Shown piece by piece: positions 8,500 through 17,188 of a stretch of 25,422 bases of DNA. Source of the stretch: Thermoplasmatota archaeon. GTDB taxonomy: Archaea; Thermoplasmatota; Penumbrarchaeia; Penumbrarchaeales; Penumbrarchaeaceae. The DNA lies in contig JARVGK010000036.1 of assembly GCA_029762535.1 (NCBI GenBank), positions 1 through 25,422 on the forward strand, read 5' to 3'. The notes below the pieces were generated by a model that was given only the letters and a program-made list of their open reading frames with translations, was not told the origin of the DNA and did no database searches. The position numbers and the translations under genes are program-made. Each line of letters begins with the position of its first letter. Position 1 is the first letter of the stretch.

Positions 8500-9075
8500 T
8501 CAACCACCTCTGTTCCTGTAAAGCGATAGATCGATCGCGTCCCTCATCGAGTCCGCATCTATGTCCCCGTCGAAGAGGTCCCTGATCTCCTCGAAGCTCT
8601 GGTCGGGGTCGGATAGCAGCTCGTTGTAATTGATATAGGCCACCCTCATGTTCTCCGATGAGTTCACGAGCCCCTTGAGGTTCTTGAGATAGGTCCGATA
8701 CAACCTTATCAGCTCATCATCGGGTATGACGTCTGGATCCTCGCCCCTCCTTATCATCATCTTCTTCTGGGACGATACGATCTCGTCGAGGTCCCTCATC
8801 ATGAACACGACCCTGTACTCGAAGCCGGATGGAAGGTGCTTCATCAACTCGCCCAGGACCTTCACCGCCCTGCCCCTGGCCTCCGGCAGCCAACCTTGGT
8901 CCCCGGGCAGCTTCTTCACCCTCTCGAACTCGTAATATCCTTTGGGATTGTCCACATCGGCGGTCCTGACATCATCCTTGAGGGGGGCGATCCCCCCCTT
9001 ATCGAGCATGCTCATCATCAAGGACGTTCCCGACCTGGGAAGGCCTGTCACCACCGTTATGTAATCCCTGCCCAT
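8500..9075 (-). CDS. PAPS-dependent sulfotransferase family protein
   Basis: 5'-PSB loop GLPRSGTS, NPKGYYE, 3'-PB motif MMRDLDEIVSS, terminal YNELL. Confidence 0.9.
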   Translation of the reverse strand: MGRDYITVVTGLPRSGTSLMMSMLDKGGIAPLKDDVRTADVDNPKGYYEFERVKKLPGDQGWLPEARGRAVKVLGELMKHLPSGFEYRVVFMMRDLDEIVSSQKKMMIRRGEDPDVIPDDELIRLYRTYLKNLKGLVNSSENMRVAYINYNELLSDPDQSFEEIRDLFDGDIDADSMRDAIDLSLYRNRGG

Positions 9076-9085
9076 AGATCATCAC

Positions 9086-9619
9086 TCATTCCATCAATCC
9101 GAGCTGTTTCACCTTTGATATGATCGCATCGACCTCCTGCTCGAGCGTCATCTCGTGGGTGCGCAGGACGAGGTCCGGCTTCAAGGGCTCCTCGTAAACT
9201 CCATCGTAGCCGGTGAGGTTCGTGATCTCGCCCTTGATTGCCTTGGCATAAAGGCCCTTTGGATCCCTCTTTATCCTTACCTCTTGCGTGGTCTCGAGAT
9301 AGACCTCCATGAATTCGCCGATCTCCTCCCGGGCGAAATCCCTGACGGCCCTGTAAGGGGATATGAGCGATACCACGTTCGGGACGCCGTGCTTGGTCAG
9401 GAGCCGGGCGTGATTGATAACTACCCTGTTGTGCATCTCCCTGGCCTCTTTCGAGAAACCTATGTCCGGATACAGCTGTTTTCTCACCGTATCCCCGTCG
9501 AAGACCTCTATCGGGAGGCCCATATCGGAGAATCTCCCTTTCAGGCCCTCGGCCAGGTAGCTCTTTCCGGCCCCGCTGGGCCCCGTCAACCATATCGTGA
9601 ATCCTTTTCCGTCGCACAT
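9086..9619 (-). CDS. cysC: Adenylyl-sulfate (APS) kinase
   Basis: IWLTGPSGAGKS, DGD, SLISPY, RDPKGLY, TGYDGVYEEP. Confidence 0.96.
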   Translation of the reverse strand: MCDGKGFTIWLTGPSGAGKSYLAEGLKGRFSDMGLPIEVFDGDTVRKQLYPDIGFSKEAREMHNRVVINHARLLTKHGVPNVVSLISPYRAVRDFAREEIGEFMEVYLETTQEVRIKRDPKGLYAKAIKGEITNLTGYDGVYEEPLKPDLVLRTHEMTLEQEVDAIISKVKQLGLME

Positions 9620-10567
9620 CTAATTGCCTCCGTTCATCCTGTATATCTCCTTGAACATCAGATCCCTCAATTCCTCCACCCTTTCTCGACCGTGCACCAC
9701 ACCGACGACGTCGTCCTTGCCACCGGCGTTGAAGCCCATCGCCTTCAATCTCCTTATCAGACCGCCCATGTCCATCGTGGACGGGTCCCGGATCCTGAGG
9801 TAGGTCTGCGCCCTTCCGTTGAAATCCCGGTTGATGGCCAGCGCCGCGTCGCAGCCCTCTTTGGAGACCGCCTTTCGGGCGAGCTTGCTGATTATATTGA
9901 ACCGGTGCTCGAAATCCAGGACCATCACCCTGCCGTGCATGATGCCCGCGTCGAAAACGTCGCGCATCGCATCGCGTATGCGTTCCACATTGGCGTTGAG
10001 CCCTGGGTCCTCGAGAAGGCGGTCGATGTCGTCCAGAGCGCGTACCGATGCCTCCACGGAATCCTTGTCCCCGACCACGTAACTGGAGTCCAGAAGCCTG
10101 ACCGCTCTCTGGAATTCCTCCGGATCGCGGCCCGAGGATGCGAACGCTCTTTTAAGCAATGGGTGGTCGAGCGCCTTTATACCCACATCGCCGAATGCTC
10201 CCAGAACGGATAGATCATCCCATGAGGAGTAGGTCTCCGAGACGACGGTGCTGCAGGAGGGATAGTCTGCCTGGTTGGCGCCATCTTTCACCGGATTGAC
10301 CTGACGCACCCCCGGGATCTGATCCTGGGGCTGGTGATGGTCGATGAAGGTTATGTCCGCGCCCGGCAGGTCCAGGCCCTTGGTTATGTTGAGGTCGAGG
10401 ACGAATATCGGCCCCTTTTCGTTCCTCATCGCCGTAATCATCCCTTCATCGAACTCGAACTCTCCTATCTCCGGGGTCATGTTAATGAAATGCTCGGGCT
10501 TGAATATCCGGACGATCTTCGCCGCCGAGCATATGCCATCCGTGTCCCAGTGATGGATGATGAGCAT
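9620..10567 (-). CDS. DHH-family phosphoesterase, probable PAP (3'-phosphoadenosine 5'-phosphate) phosphatase
   Basis: HHWDTDG, LDL, IDHH and C-terminal AGGK (DHHA1); lies between sat and cysC. Confidence 0.85.
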   Translation of the reverse strand: MLIIHHWDTDGICSAAKIVRIFKPEHFINMTPEIGEFEFDEGMITAMRNEKGPIFVLDLNITKGLDLPGADITFIDHHQPQDQIPGVRQVNPVKDGANQADYPSCSTVVSETYSSWDDLSVLGAFGDVGIKALDHPLLKRAFASSGRDPEEFQRAVRLLDSSYVVGDKDSVEASVRALDDIDRLLEDPGLNANVERIRDAMRDVFDAGIMHGRVMVLDFEHRFNIISKLARKAVSKEGCDAALAINRDFNGRAQTYLRIRDPSTMDMGGLIRRLKAMGFNAGGKDDVVGVVHGRERVEELRDLMFKEIYRMNGGN

Positions 10568-10571
10568 GCTT

Positions 10572-11717
10572 TCACTCCACGAAGGGGTTCTCGAAGGAGC
10601 GCAAGGCGTCGAAGACCTCCTTCCTCATGTGATGCGGTTTCGGGACCTCGCCCGTTTTGAGCATCTCCCTCATCTTGGTCCCGGAAAGGGAGTCGTGATG
10701 CTCCTTGGGGTGGGGGCATATCTTCGCATTGACGATGTTCCCGCACTTATGGCAGTAGAAGAAAGCCTGGAAGGCCATGGGTTCCATGCCTAGATCGGGG
10801 AACTGCTTGAATATCTCCTGCGCTTCATAGGGCCCGTAATAGTTACCGACACCTGCATGGTCCCTTCCGATAATGATATGCGTGCAGCCGAAGTTCTTCC
10901 GCATGATGGCGTGATGTATGGCCTCCTTGGGGCCCGCGTACTTCATCTCGTAGCGGAGGATGGACATGTGCGTGATCTCCTTGGGGAAGTAATGCTTGAT
11001 CAGCTCCTCGTAGGTCTTGAGTATCACGTCATCCCTGAAATCGCCTGATTTCTTCTTCCCTATGACCGGGTTTATGAACAAACCGTCCACGAAGGTCGCC
11101 GCGGTCTTCTGCAGGAACTCGTGGCCGACGTGGGAGACGTTCCTAGTCTGGAACGCGACAATGGTCTTCCAGCCCCTCTCGTTGAAAAGGACCCTCGTTT
11201 CGTGAGGGGTCAGGTAATGGTCCGGGAAAGGCGCATCCATTTCGGCGATCTGCTCCAGCTCCCCTCCGATCAGGGTATCCCCCATCTCCATCACGCGCTT
11301 GACGCCTGGATGGGCGGGATCCTCGGTCCCGAACACGGACCGGGCATAACCGGCCTTGTCGTATGTGTATATGTCCTCCACATACATCCTCGCTATCGGC
11401 TTACCCCTCGAGAGCAGGATCACGGAATCCCCCTCCTCGAAATCGATGGACCCCCTGTCCATGTCGAGCACCGATGGGATCGTCCAGGGGGTGTCGTCGG
11501 GGAGCCTCATATCCACCAGCACCGACTGCAGTTCGTCGGACATCATGAAACCCGACAGCGGGGAGTAAACCCCATCGGCAATGGACATGACGTCAACAGC
11601 GTTAACGTCCCTTATCTCGATCTTCGGGTACTCCCCGATCTCCTCGAGTACCCTGTCCCTGACCTTTTCGCCAAGCTTCCTTCTGACCAGTTTTCCACCG
11701 TGCGGCCTGTTGACCAT
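10572..11717 (-). CDS. sat: Sulfate adenylyltransferase (ATP sulfurylase, homo-oligomeric Sat type)
   Basis: PHGGKL, FQTRNVSHVGH, YAGPKEA, GRDHAG, Zn site CHKC...CPH, SGTKMR. Confidence 0.97.
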   Translation of the reverse strand: MVNRPHGGKLVRRKLGEKVRDRVLEEIGEYPKIEIRDVNAVDVMSIADGVYSPLSGFMMSDELQSVLVDMRLPDDTPWTIPSVLDMDRGSIDFEEGDSVILLSRGKPIARMYVEDIYTYDKAGYARSVFGTEDPAHPGVKRVMEMGDTLIGGELEQIAEMDAPFPDHYLTPHETRVLFNERGWKTIVAFQTRNVSHVGHEFLQKTAATFVDGLFINPVIGKKKSGDFRDDVILKTYEELIKHYFPKEITHMSILRYEMKYAGPKEAIHHAIMRKNFGCTHIIIGRDHAGVGNYYGPYEAQEIFKQFPDLGMEPMAFQAFFYCHKCGNIVNAKICPHPKEHHDSLSGTKMREMLKTGEVPKPHHMRKEVFDALRSFENPFVE

Positions 11718-11733
11718 CGTATCACTCCGTGTA

Positions 11734-11961
11734 TCAATCCAGATAGCCCAGTGCCCTGAGCCTGTCCTTCACCCGGTCCTCCTCCTCCTTGGAGAAGACC
11801 TCTTCCGATGTTCCCTCCTCGAGAGATGCCAGGACCTCCCTGAGAACGTAGGTAACGTAATCGGAGACCGATGTGAAGCCCGTCCCCTCTATCCTCTTCT
11901 TTATGTTCCTGTACAGCGGGGTCGGTATCGAAACCGTCGTATGCTTCCTTTGCTCGGGCAT
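11734..11961 (-). CDS. CopG/RHH protein with an acidic linker and RLRALGYLD tail (paralog 2)
   Basis: TTVSIPTPLYRNIK...GFTSVSDYVTYVLRE; GAGGTGG RBS upstream of ATG 11961. Confidence 0.88.
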   Translation of the reverse strand: MPEQRKHTTVSIPTPLYRNIKKRIEGTGFTSVSDYVTYVLREVLASLEEGTSEEVFSKEEEDRVKDRLRALGYLD

Positions 11962-11980
11962 TTTGGACCACCTCGATCGA

Positions 11981-12027
11981 TGAATGCGTCTTAATGACAT
12001 TTAATGCGATTGCATGAAGATATATAA
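11981..12027 (-). promoter_or_regulatory. Promoter of the RHH-sat-DHH-cysC-sulfotransferase-RHH operon with a candidate operator array
   Basis: TTATATA box (12021-12027, minus strand); near-palindrome TAATGC-GATT-GCATGA at 12002-12017; AATG/CATG repeated every 10 bp. Confidence 0.65.
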
Positions 12028-12044
12028 TATTTATCCCGGTGCTG

Positions 12045-12827
12045 TCAGTTGATAAGGAACACCGAACAGGGCCTCTTCCTCGCGAAGCCGGACCTGAGGT
12101 GGAAATATCCCTTCTTGCCCATGCGTCCTATGACTATCAGGTCGAGCTTATTCTCGTTCACGATCTCTCGTATGGAGCTCTCGGGCCTTTCCTTGATCAC
12201 CTGCTCGAACCTGATCCTGCGCGAGGAAACGACCCCCTCGAGCGCCTCCTCGGTGTTTTCCGCCTTCGGATCCGCTATGAAATAGGACCTCAAGGACGCG
12301 TTCGTCGCGGACCTGAGCGCCTTGGCCGCATCGATCAGCCTATCGCTTTGCCGGGTATCCGCCAGGAACAGAGCGATCCTTTTGATCGGGCGGTCGTGTC
12401 TCTCTATCCAAACAGGGACGGTCGAACGGTCCATTACCCGATATTTCAACAGGTCGTAGGATCCGTATTCCATCATCAAGGCGTCGGCTTCGAACTCATC
12501 GACCGCCCCCAGTATCGTCTCGGGGATCGGTCCCTTCCTGACGACGAACTCTTCTGGTCTGGAGCCCAGGATCTCGGCCACATTTTTCTTGATGATCCTC
12601 TTTGCGACCTGCTCCTGGGTCCTGACCATATTTCTTTGGAACATCTCCTTGTCATGCTCCGTGAGCACGTGCATCACCTGCTCCCCGACGTCATCATACA
12701 GCGTATCATCGATGAAATACGAGATGATCAGCCTACTGCCTATCATGGCCGAGAGCTCGGCGGACCTCTTGAGCGCCATTTCGGGCAGACCTTCCTTCGT
12801 GACGGGGACCAGCAACCTCTTGAACAT
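12045..12827 (-). CDS. Tandem universal stress protein (USP)
   Basis: MFKRLLVPV start, two USP-like halves, DLIVIGRMG, CSVFLIN end; TGATG overlap with the DASS stop. Confidence 0.88.
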   Translation of the reverse strand: MFKRLLVPVTKEGLPEMALKRSAELSAMIGSRLIISYFIDDTLYDDVGEQVMHVLTEHDKEMFQRNMVRTQEQVAKRIIKKNVAEILGSRPEEFVVRKGPIPETILGAVDEFEADALMMEYGSYDLLKYRVMDRSTVPVWIERHDRPIKRIALFLADTRQSDRLIDAAKALRSATNASLRSYFIADPKAENTEEALEGVVSSRRIRFEQVIKERPESSIREIVNENKLDLIVIGRMGKKGYFHLRSGFARKRPCSVFLIN

Positions 12828-14209
12828 CACCAAACACCTATCCATTTCCAGTAAGTATAGACCACGACGAGCATTATTGCAACTGTAACCGCATTGGCGA
12901 TCATCCCTGCCTTGAGCATGTCCCTGGGACGGAAATAGCCCGAGGAATAGGATATGAGGTTCCCGGGTGTCGAGAACAGGAACATGAACGCGAGCCCTCC
13001 GGAGAGACCTACCAGCATCGAGCCCATCTCCGGGGGCAGACCTGATGCGATGAACACCGCGAAGCCGATGGGAAGCAGTATGGACACCGCGGCCGTGTTC
13101 GACATGAACTCCGTCAGGACCTTTGTCAGGACGATCATCAGCAGTATCGAGAGCAGGGCGCTCCCGGATGTCAACAGGATGACCTTGTCCGCAAGCCAGA
13201 GAGCGGCCCCCGAATCGGCGAGATGTATGCCCATGGATATAGCGCCGCCGTACAGAAGGATTATCCCCCAGGGTATCCTCTCCTCCACTTCCTTCCATCT
13301 CATCCCCCCTGCGATGAATATCATGATCGCCCCGATCAAAGCGATGATGGACAGTTCGACATCGATGAGCTGGGGTAGGAATATGAACATGGCTATTATC
13401 AAGGCGAGGACCGCGATGATCATCTTCTTATTCCAACCGGGTGATGGTATCTGCTTCAGCTCATCGCCTATGACGCTCCTGGCCCTCTCCACATTCGCCC
13501 TCTCCGGGGGAAAGACGAGTATCAGGACCATCCAGACAGCGAACAGAGATAGTATCACAATAGGCAGGGAAAGCGTCATCCATCTCAGGAAGTCCACCTC
13601 GATCCCCTCGAGCCTGAGGAACGCTATCGTCAGAGGGTTTCGCGCTCCCCCCAGGGGCGTTCCCAGGCTTCCGATGGTGCAGCCGTAGGCCGCCCCTATC
13701 ATCATCCCCTTGGCGAGATTGCTCTTCAGGGGCACCAGCCCCATTCCTAATATCGTATAGGTCAGGACAGGGACGATCAGTATGATGACGCCATGCTCGG
13801 GCATTATGAACGAGAGCAGGGCCCCGGAGACCATTGTCCCGAGGACCATGAGCCTCGGCGAGGATCCCATGGCCTTGAGGAAGACGAGGGAGACCCATCT
13901 GTGCAGATCTGTCCTCTCCACGGAGGAAGCGATTATGAACGCGCCTATGAGGAAGAACACCGCGGAGTTGCCGAAGGATTGGAAGGTGGACCTCACCGTT
14001 GTCGCACCCAGAAGCAAGGGGAGTATAAGAACGACGATGCCCGCAAGGCCAAGGGGGATGGGCTGTAGAATGAAGACGGCAGCGGCGAATACGAGAACGC
14101 CGAACATCGCCTGGCCCTCATATGACAGACCGTCGGGCCTGGGAAGGACGAGAACGATGAGGAGCAGCAGGATCGGAAGGGCGTACTTCGCTGCTTTCCT
14201 CATATCCAT
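12827..14209 (-). CDS. DASS/SLC13 sodium:sulfate (anion) symporter
   Basis: FFLIGAFIIA, GSLGTPLGGARNP, IPWGIILLYGG, LTEFMSNTAA, STPGNL; start at MDMRK after GGTGG. Confidence 0.93.
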   Translation of the reverse strand: MDMRKAAKYALPILLLLIVLVLPRPDGLSYEGQAMFGVLVFAAAVFILQPIPLGLAGIVVLILPLLLGATTVRSTFQSFGNSAVFFLIGAFIIASSVERTDLHRWVSLVFLKAMGSSPRLMVLGTMVSGALLSFIMPEHGVIILIVPVLTYTILGMGLVPLKSNLAKGMMIGAAYGCTIGSLGTPLGGARNPLTIAFLRLEGIEVDFLRWMTLSLPIVILSLFAVWMVLILVFPPERANVERARSVIGDELKQIPSPGWNKKMIIAVLALIIAMFIFLPQLIDVELSIIALIGAIMIFIAGGMRWKEVEERIPWGIILLYGGAISMGIHLADSGAALWLADKVILLTSGSALLSILLMIVLTKVLTEFMSNTAAVSILLPIGFAVFIASGLPPEMGSMLVGLSGGLAFMFLFSTPGNLISYSSGYFRPRDMLKAGMIANAVTVAIMLVVVYTYWKWIGVW

Positions 14210-14338
14210 CAAAACCACCCGATCCCAGGTTCCCTGTGTATGCAGGCCGATTTCCCTTCCTCGGATTTGAAGGTTGCGCTCTCCAGGTCGGTTCTCATTA
14301 TCGTCATGTCGAACAGATAGAGTTCCAATCGTTAATAA

Positions 14339-14367
14339 TATATAATGCCATTGCATTACATTACATT
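14339..14367. promoter_or_regulatory. Divergent DASS/sbp promoter with a candidate operator
   Basis: TATATAA at 14339-14345; perfect-arm palindrome TAATGC-CATT-GCATTA at 14343-14358; CATT four times at 5-bp spacing, ending just before the sbp ATG. Confidence 0.65.
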
Positions 14368-15360
14368 ATGACAAAAAGATACCTTATGCCCCTGGCAATG
14401 ATCCTGCTGCTGCCAATGATGTCGGGATGCCTCGGCGGTGACGATGACTCGGGCACCATAGTGCTCTATGGCTTCTCCGTCAAGGGAGAGCTTATCGACG
14501 ACATGGTGATCCCGGCCTTCCGGGAGAGGTACAAGGCCGAGACCGGGGAGGACATCAAGTTCCAGACGGTCTATGCCGGGTCTGGGACGGTGACCAAGCA
14601 GGTCATCGTCGGTGCCCCGGCCGAGGTCATGATACTCTCGACCGAATGGGACGCCCTCCAGCTGCGCGATGCCGGGCTCGTAACGACGGATTGGAGGTCC
14701 TACCCACATGAGGGGACCTTCTCCACATCCCCCTGGGTGATATTGACGAGGCCGGGCAACCCCAAAGGCATCCATGACTTCAGCGACCTCGCCCGTTCGG
14801 ATGTGCGCCTCGTATCCGCGGATCCCATCACCTCAGGAGGCGCCCAATGGTCCATATTCGCGATATACGGGTCGGAGCTGAGGAGGACCTCCGCGATCGA
14901 GGGATCCCCCAACGAGACTCGGGCGGTCGAACTATTGGATGATATCGTCGATAATGTGGACAGCTGGCAGGAATCCGCGAGAAAGGCGCTCTCCCAGTTC
15001 GTCTTCGGATACGGGGACGCCTTCATAACGTACGAGAACGAAGCGCTTCTGGGGATGGCGCAGGGGGAGAAGTTCGAGATCATCTATCCTCATTCCACTA
15101 TACTCTCGGAGCACAAGGCGATAGTGGTTGACGAGAACGTCGATGAGAAGGAGAGGGGGGCGGTGGAGGCGTTCATGGAATACCTGTTCTCGGACGAGGT
15201 GCAGAATATGCTATCCGTTTACGATTTCAGGTCACCGGATGAGAGCTACAACGACGGCTTCGAACGAATTGAAGACCCGTTCACCGTCGAATATCTGGGC
15301 GGCTGGGAGATCGCCAAACCGGAGATAATAGACGGAATATACGCACCGATGCGGAGGTGA
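14368..15360 (+). CDS. sbp: Sulfate ABC transporter substrate-binding lipoprotein
   Basis: MSGCLG lipobox, GSG, GNPKGIHDFSDL, DPITSGGAQW, GDAFITYENEA; probably a leaderless start. Confidence 0.92.
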   Translation: MTKRYLMPLAMILLLPMMSGCLGGDDDSGTIVLYGFSVKGELIDDMVIPAFRERYKAETGEDIKFQTVYAGSGTVTKQVIVGAPAEVMILSTEWDALQLRDAGLVTTDWRSYPHEGTFSTSPWVILTRPGNPKGIHDFSDLARSDVRLVSADPITSGGAQWSIFAIYGSELRRTSAIEGSPNETRAVELLDDIVDNVDSWQESARKALSQFVFGYGDAFITYENEALLGMAQGEKFEIIYPHSTILSEHKAIVVDENVDEKERGAVEAFMEYLFSDEVQNMLSVYDFRSPDESYNDGFERIEDPFTVEYLGGWEIAKPEIIDGIYAPMRR

Positions 15361-16190
15361 GACCGTTGCCGGAGACGCGAAGCAGGCTCTCGCCGCTCTT
15401 AAAATGGTCGATCGTCAGCTTCGGCATCGTCTGCTTCATCCTCATCATAGTGCTCCCCGTTTCATCGATGTTCAAATTCGCATTAGAGGATGGACCGTAT
15501 GGATTCTGGAAGGCGATAACCACGGAAAACGCCCTCAACGCCCTCAAGAACTCGCTGCTGATGGCGTCCCTGGCGACCGGCATCAACCTGGTTGTGGGGA
15601 CGACAATAGCCTTCTCGCTGACCAGGTACCGTTTCCCGGGATCATCCATATTCAGGGCTCTCATCGACCTCCCGATAGCGATCCCCGCATCGGTCGTGGG
15701 ATTGGCATTGATGATGTTATACGGACCCAAGGGCCTTCTGGGGCCGTTCTTCGAATCGAACGGGATCCAGATCATATTCGATCTGCCGGGGATCGTCCTC
15801 GCCCACGTATTCGTCACTTTCCCTTTCATGGTCAGGGCGGTCTCCGTGGTCATCGAGAAGTTCGACCATGACCTGGAGGATGCGGCGGTGACGTTGGGGG
15901 CCAATGGGTTCCAGACCTTCTTCAGGGTGATGCTGCCCTCGATAAAAAGCGGGTTGATCGCAGGGTCGGCCCTCACTTTCACCAGGTCCTTGGGGGAGTT
16001 CGGAGCCACGCTGATAGTGTTCGGAGGGGCCATGCACCTGAGGACCGGCCCCCTCTACATGTACTACCTTTCGGACTCGGCCTTCGATTTCCAGGGGGCC
16101 ACCTCTGTGGCTATATTGTTGATGGTGGTCCCGTTCGTGCTCCTTTTGACCGTCAACGCGATAGTGAGCAGGATGGAGGTGTCCGGATGA
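15357..16190 (+). CDS. cysT: Sulfate ABC transporter permease
   Basis: RYRFPG, LIDLPIAIP, FVTFPFMVR, EDAAVTLGA (EAA loop), RSLGEFGA. Confidence 0.88.
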   Translation: MRPLPETRSRLSPLLKWSIVSFGIVCFILIIVLPVSSMFKFALEDGPYGFWKAITTENALNALKNSLLMASLATGINLVVGTTIAFSLTRYRFPGSSIFRALIDLPIAIPASVVGLALMMLYGPKGLLGPFFESNGIQIIFDLPGIVLAHVFVTFPFMVRAVSVVIEKFDHDLEDAAVTLGANGFQTFFRVMLPSIKSGLIAGSALTFTRSLGEFGATLIVFGGAMHLRTGPLYMYYLSDSAFDFQGATSVAILLMVVPFVLLLTVNAIVSRMEVSG

Positions 16191-17188
16191 GAGCCGACCT
16201 CTCCCTGGATGGCATATCAAAGGCGTTCGGAGGCGAAACGGTCCTCAAGGACCTGGACCTGACGGTCGAAGAGGGGAAGATGGTATCCATCCTCGGGCCG
16301 TCGGGTTGCGGGAAGTCCACGACCCTGAGGATAATATCGGGCCTGGTCCGACAGGACCGGGGGGCCGTGAGACTGGGAGGGAAGAGTCTTGACAACGTGC
16401 CTCCCCACAAGAGGAGGATAGGCTTCGTCTTCCAGAGCTATGCTCTGTTCCCACACCTGGACGTGGAGGAGAACGTCAAGTTCGGGATGAAGGTGGGGGG
16501 TATGAAGAAGGAGCATGTCAAGAGGCGGACGGACGAGCTCCTGGAGCTTGTGGGAATGTCGGACATGAGGGGAAAGAGACCGTCCCACCTGTCCGGCGGA
16601 CAGAAGCAGAGGGTGGCGATAGCAAGGGCGCTTGCCATAGACCCTCAGGTCCTGCTCCTTGACGAGCCCTTCGGTGCCCTGGATGTGAAGATAAGACGGA
16701 GGCTCAGGAGGGACCTCAAGGCCCTCCAGAGGGATCTGGGATTGACTTCCGTCTTCGTGACGCACGACCAGGACGAGGCTTTCGAGCTTGGCGACACCAC
16801 GGCGGTCATGAACAATGGGAGGATAGAACAGATAGGCAGGCCTCGGGATCTGTACGAGAGGCCTTCGACGAGCTTCGTCGCGCGCTTCGTAGGCAACGTG
16901 AACGCCATAGAGCTTCCGGGAGGGGATCGGACCACGGTAATGGTCAGGCCGGAGGACATCGTCATGATGCATTCCTCCCCGGATCGCAAAGGCGGGGTCA
17001 AAGGGACATTGATAAATTATGTGTATCTGGGGCCGATCATCGAATGCAATGTGAGGTTGACCAACGGCGAATCGTTGAACGTCATCATAAGCCGGGAGGA
17101 GTTCAGGATGAGGAATTACCGCAGGGGCGACGAGGTGAACATAATCATTCGGAAGTTCAGTTCGTTCAGCGATGAGGAGGGGGTATAG
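16187..17188 (+). CDS. cysA: Sulfate ABC transporter ATP-binding subunit with a TOBE domain
   Basis: GPSGCGKS, LSGGQKQR, LLLDEPFGALD, FVTHDQDEA, VRPED. Confidence 0.9.
   Translation: MRADLSLDGISKAFGGETVLKDLDLTVEEGKMVSILGPSGCGKSTTLRIISGLVRQDRGAVRLGGKSLDNVPPHKRRIGFVFQSYALFPHLDVEENVKFGMKVGGMKKEHVKRRTDELLELVGMSDMRGKRPSHLSGGQKQRVAIARALAIDPQVLLLDEPFGALDVKIRRRLRRDLKALQRDLGLTSVFVTHDQDEAFELGDTTAVMNNGRIEQIGRPRDLYERPSTSFVARFVGNVNAIELPGGDRTTVMVRPEDIVMMHSSPDRKGGVKGTLINYVYLGPIIECNVRLTNGESLNVIISREEFRMRNYRRGDEVNIIIRKFSSFSDEEGV

Noticed and set aside
2273-11717. Direct link between NifB (sulfite as a cluster sulfur source) and the sulfate locus
   Set aside because: No enzyme here reduces APS/PAPS to sulfite, two unrelated genes intervene, and the shared operator is not seen upstream of the nifB operon.
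10572-11717. Dissimilatory sulfate reduction
   Set aside because: No aprAB, qmo or dsr genes; sat is coupled to cysC and a sulfotransferase.
12828-13298. N-terminal extension of the USP ORF in the track (similar extensions for DASS, sbp, AlkP, NYN and the GIY-YIG gene)
   Set aside because: The extensions overlap neighbouring genes or promoters; downstream starts match family N-termini and RBS/TATA spacing.
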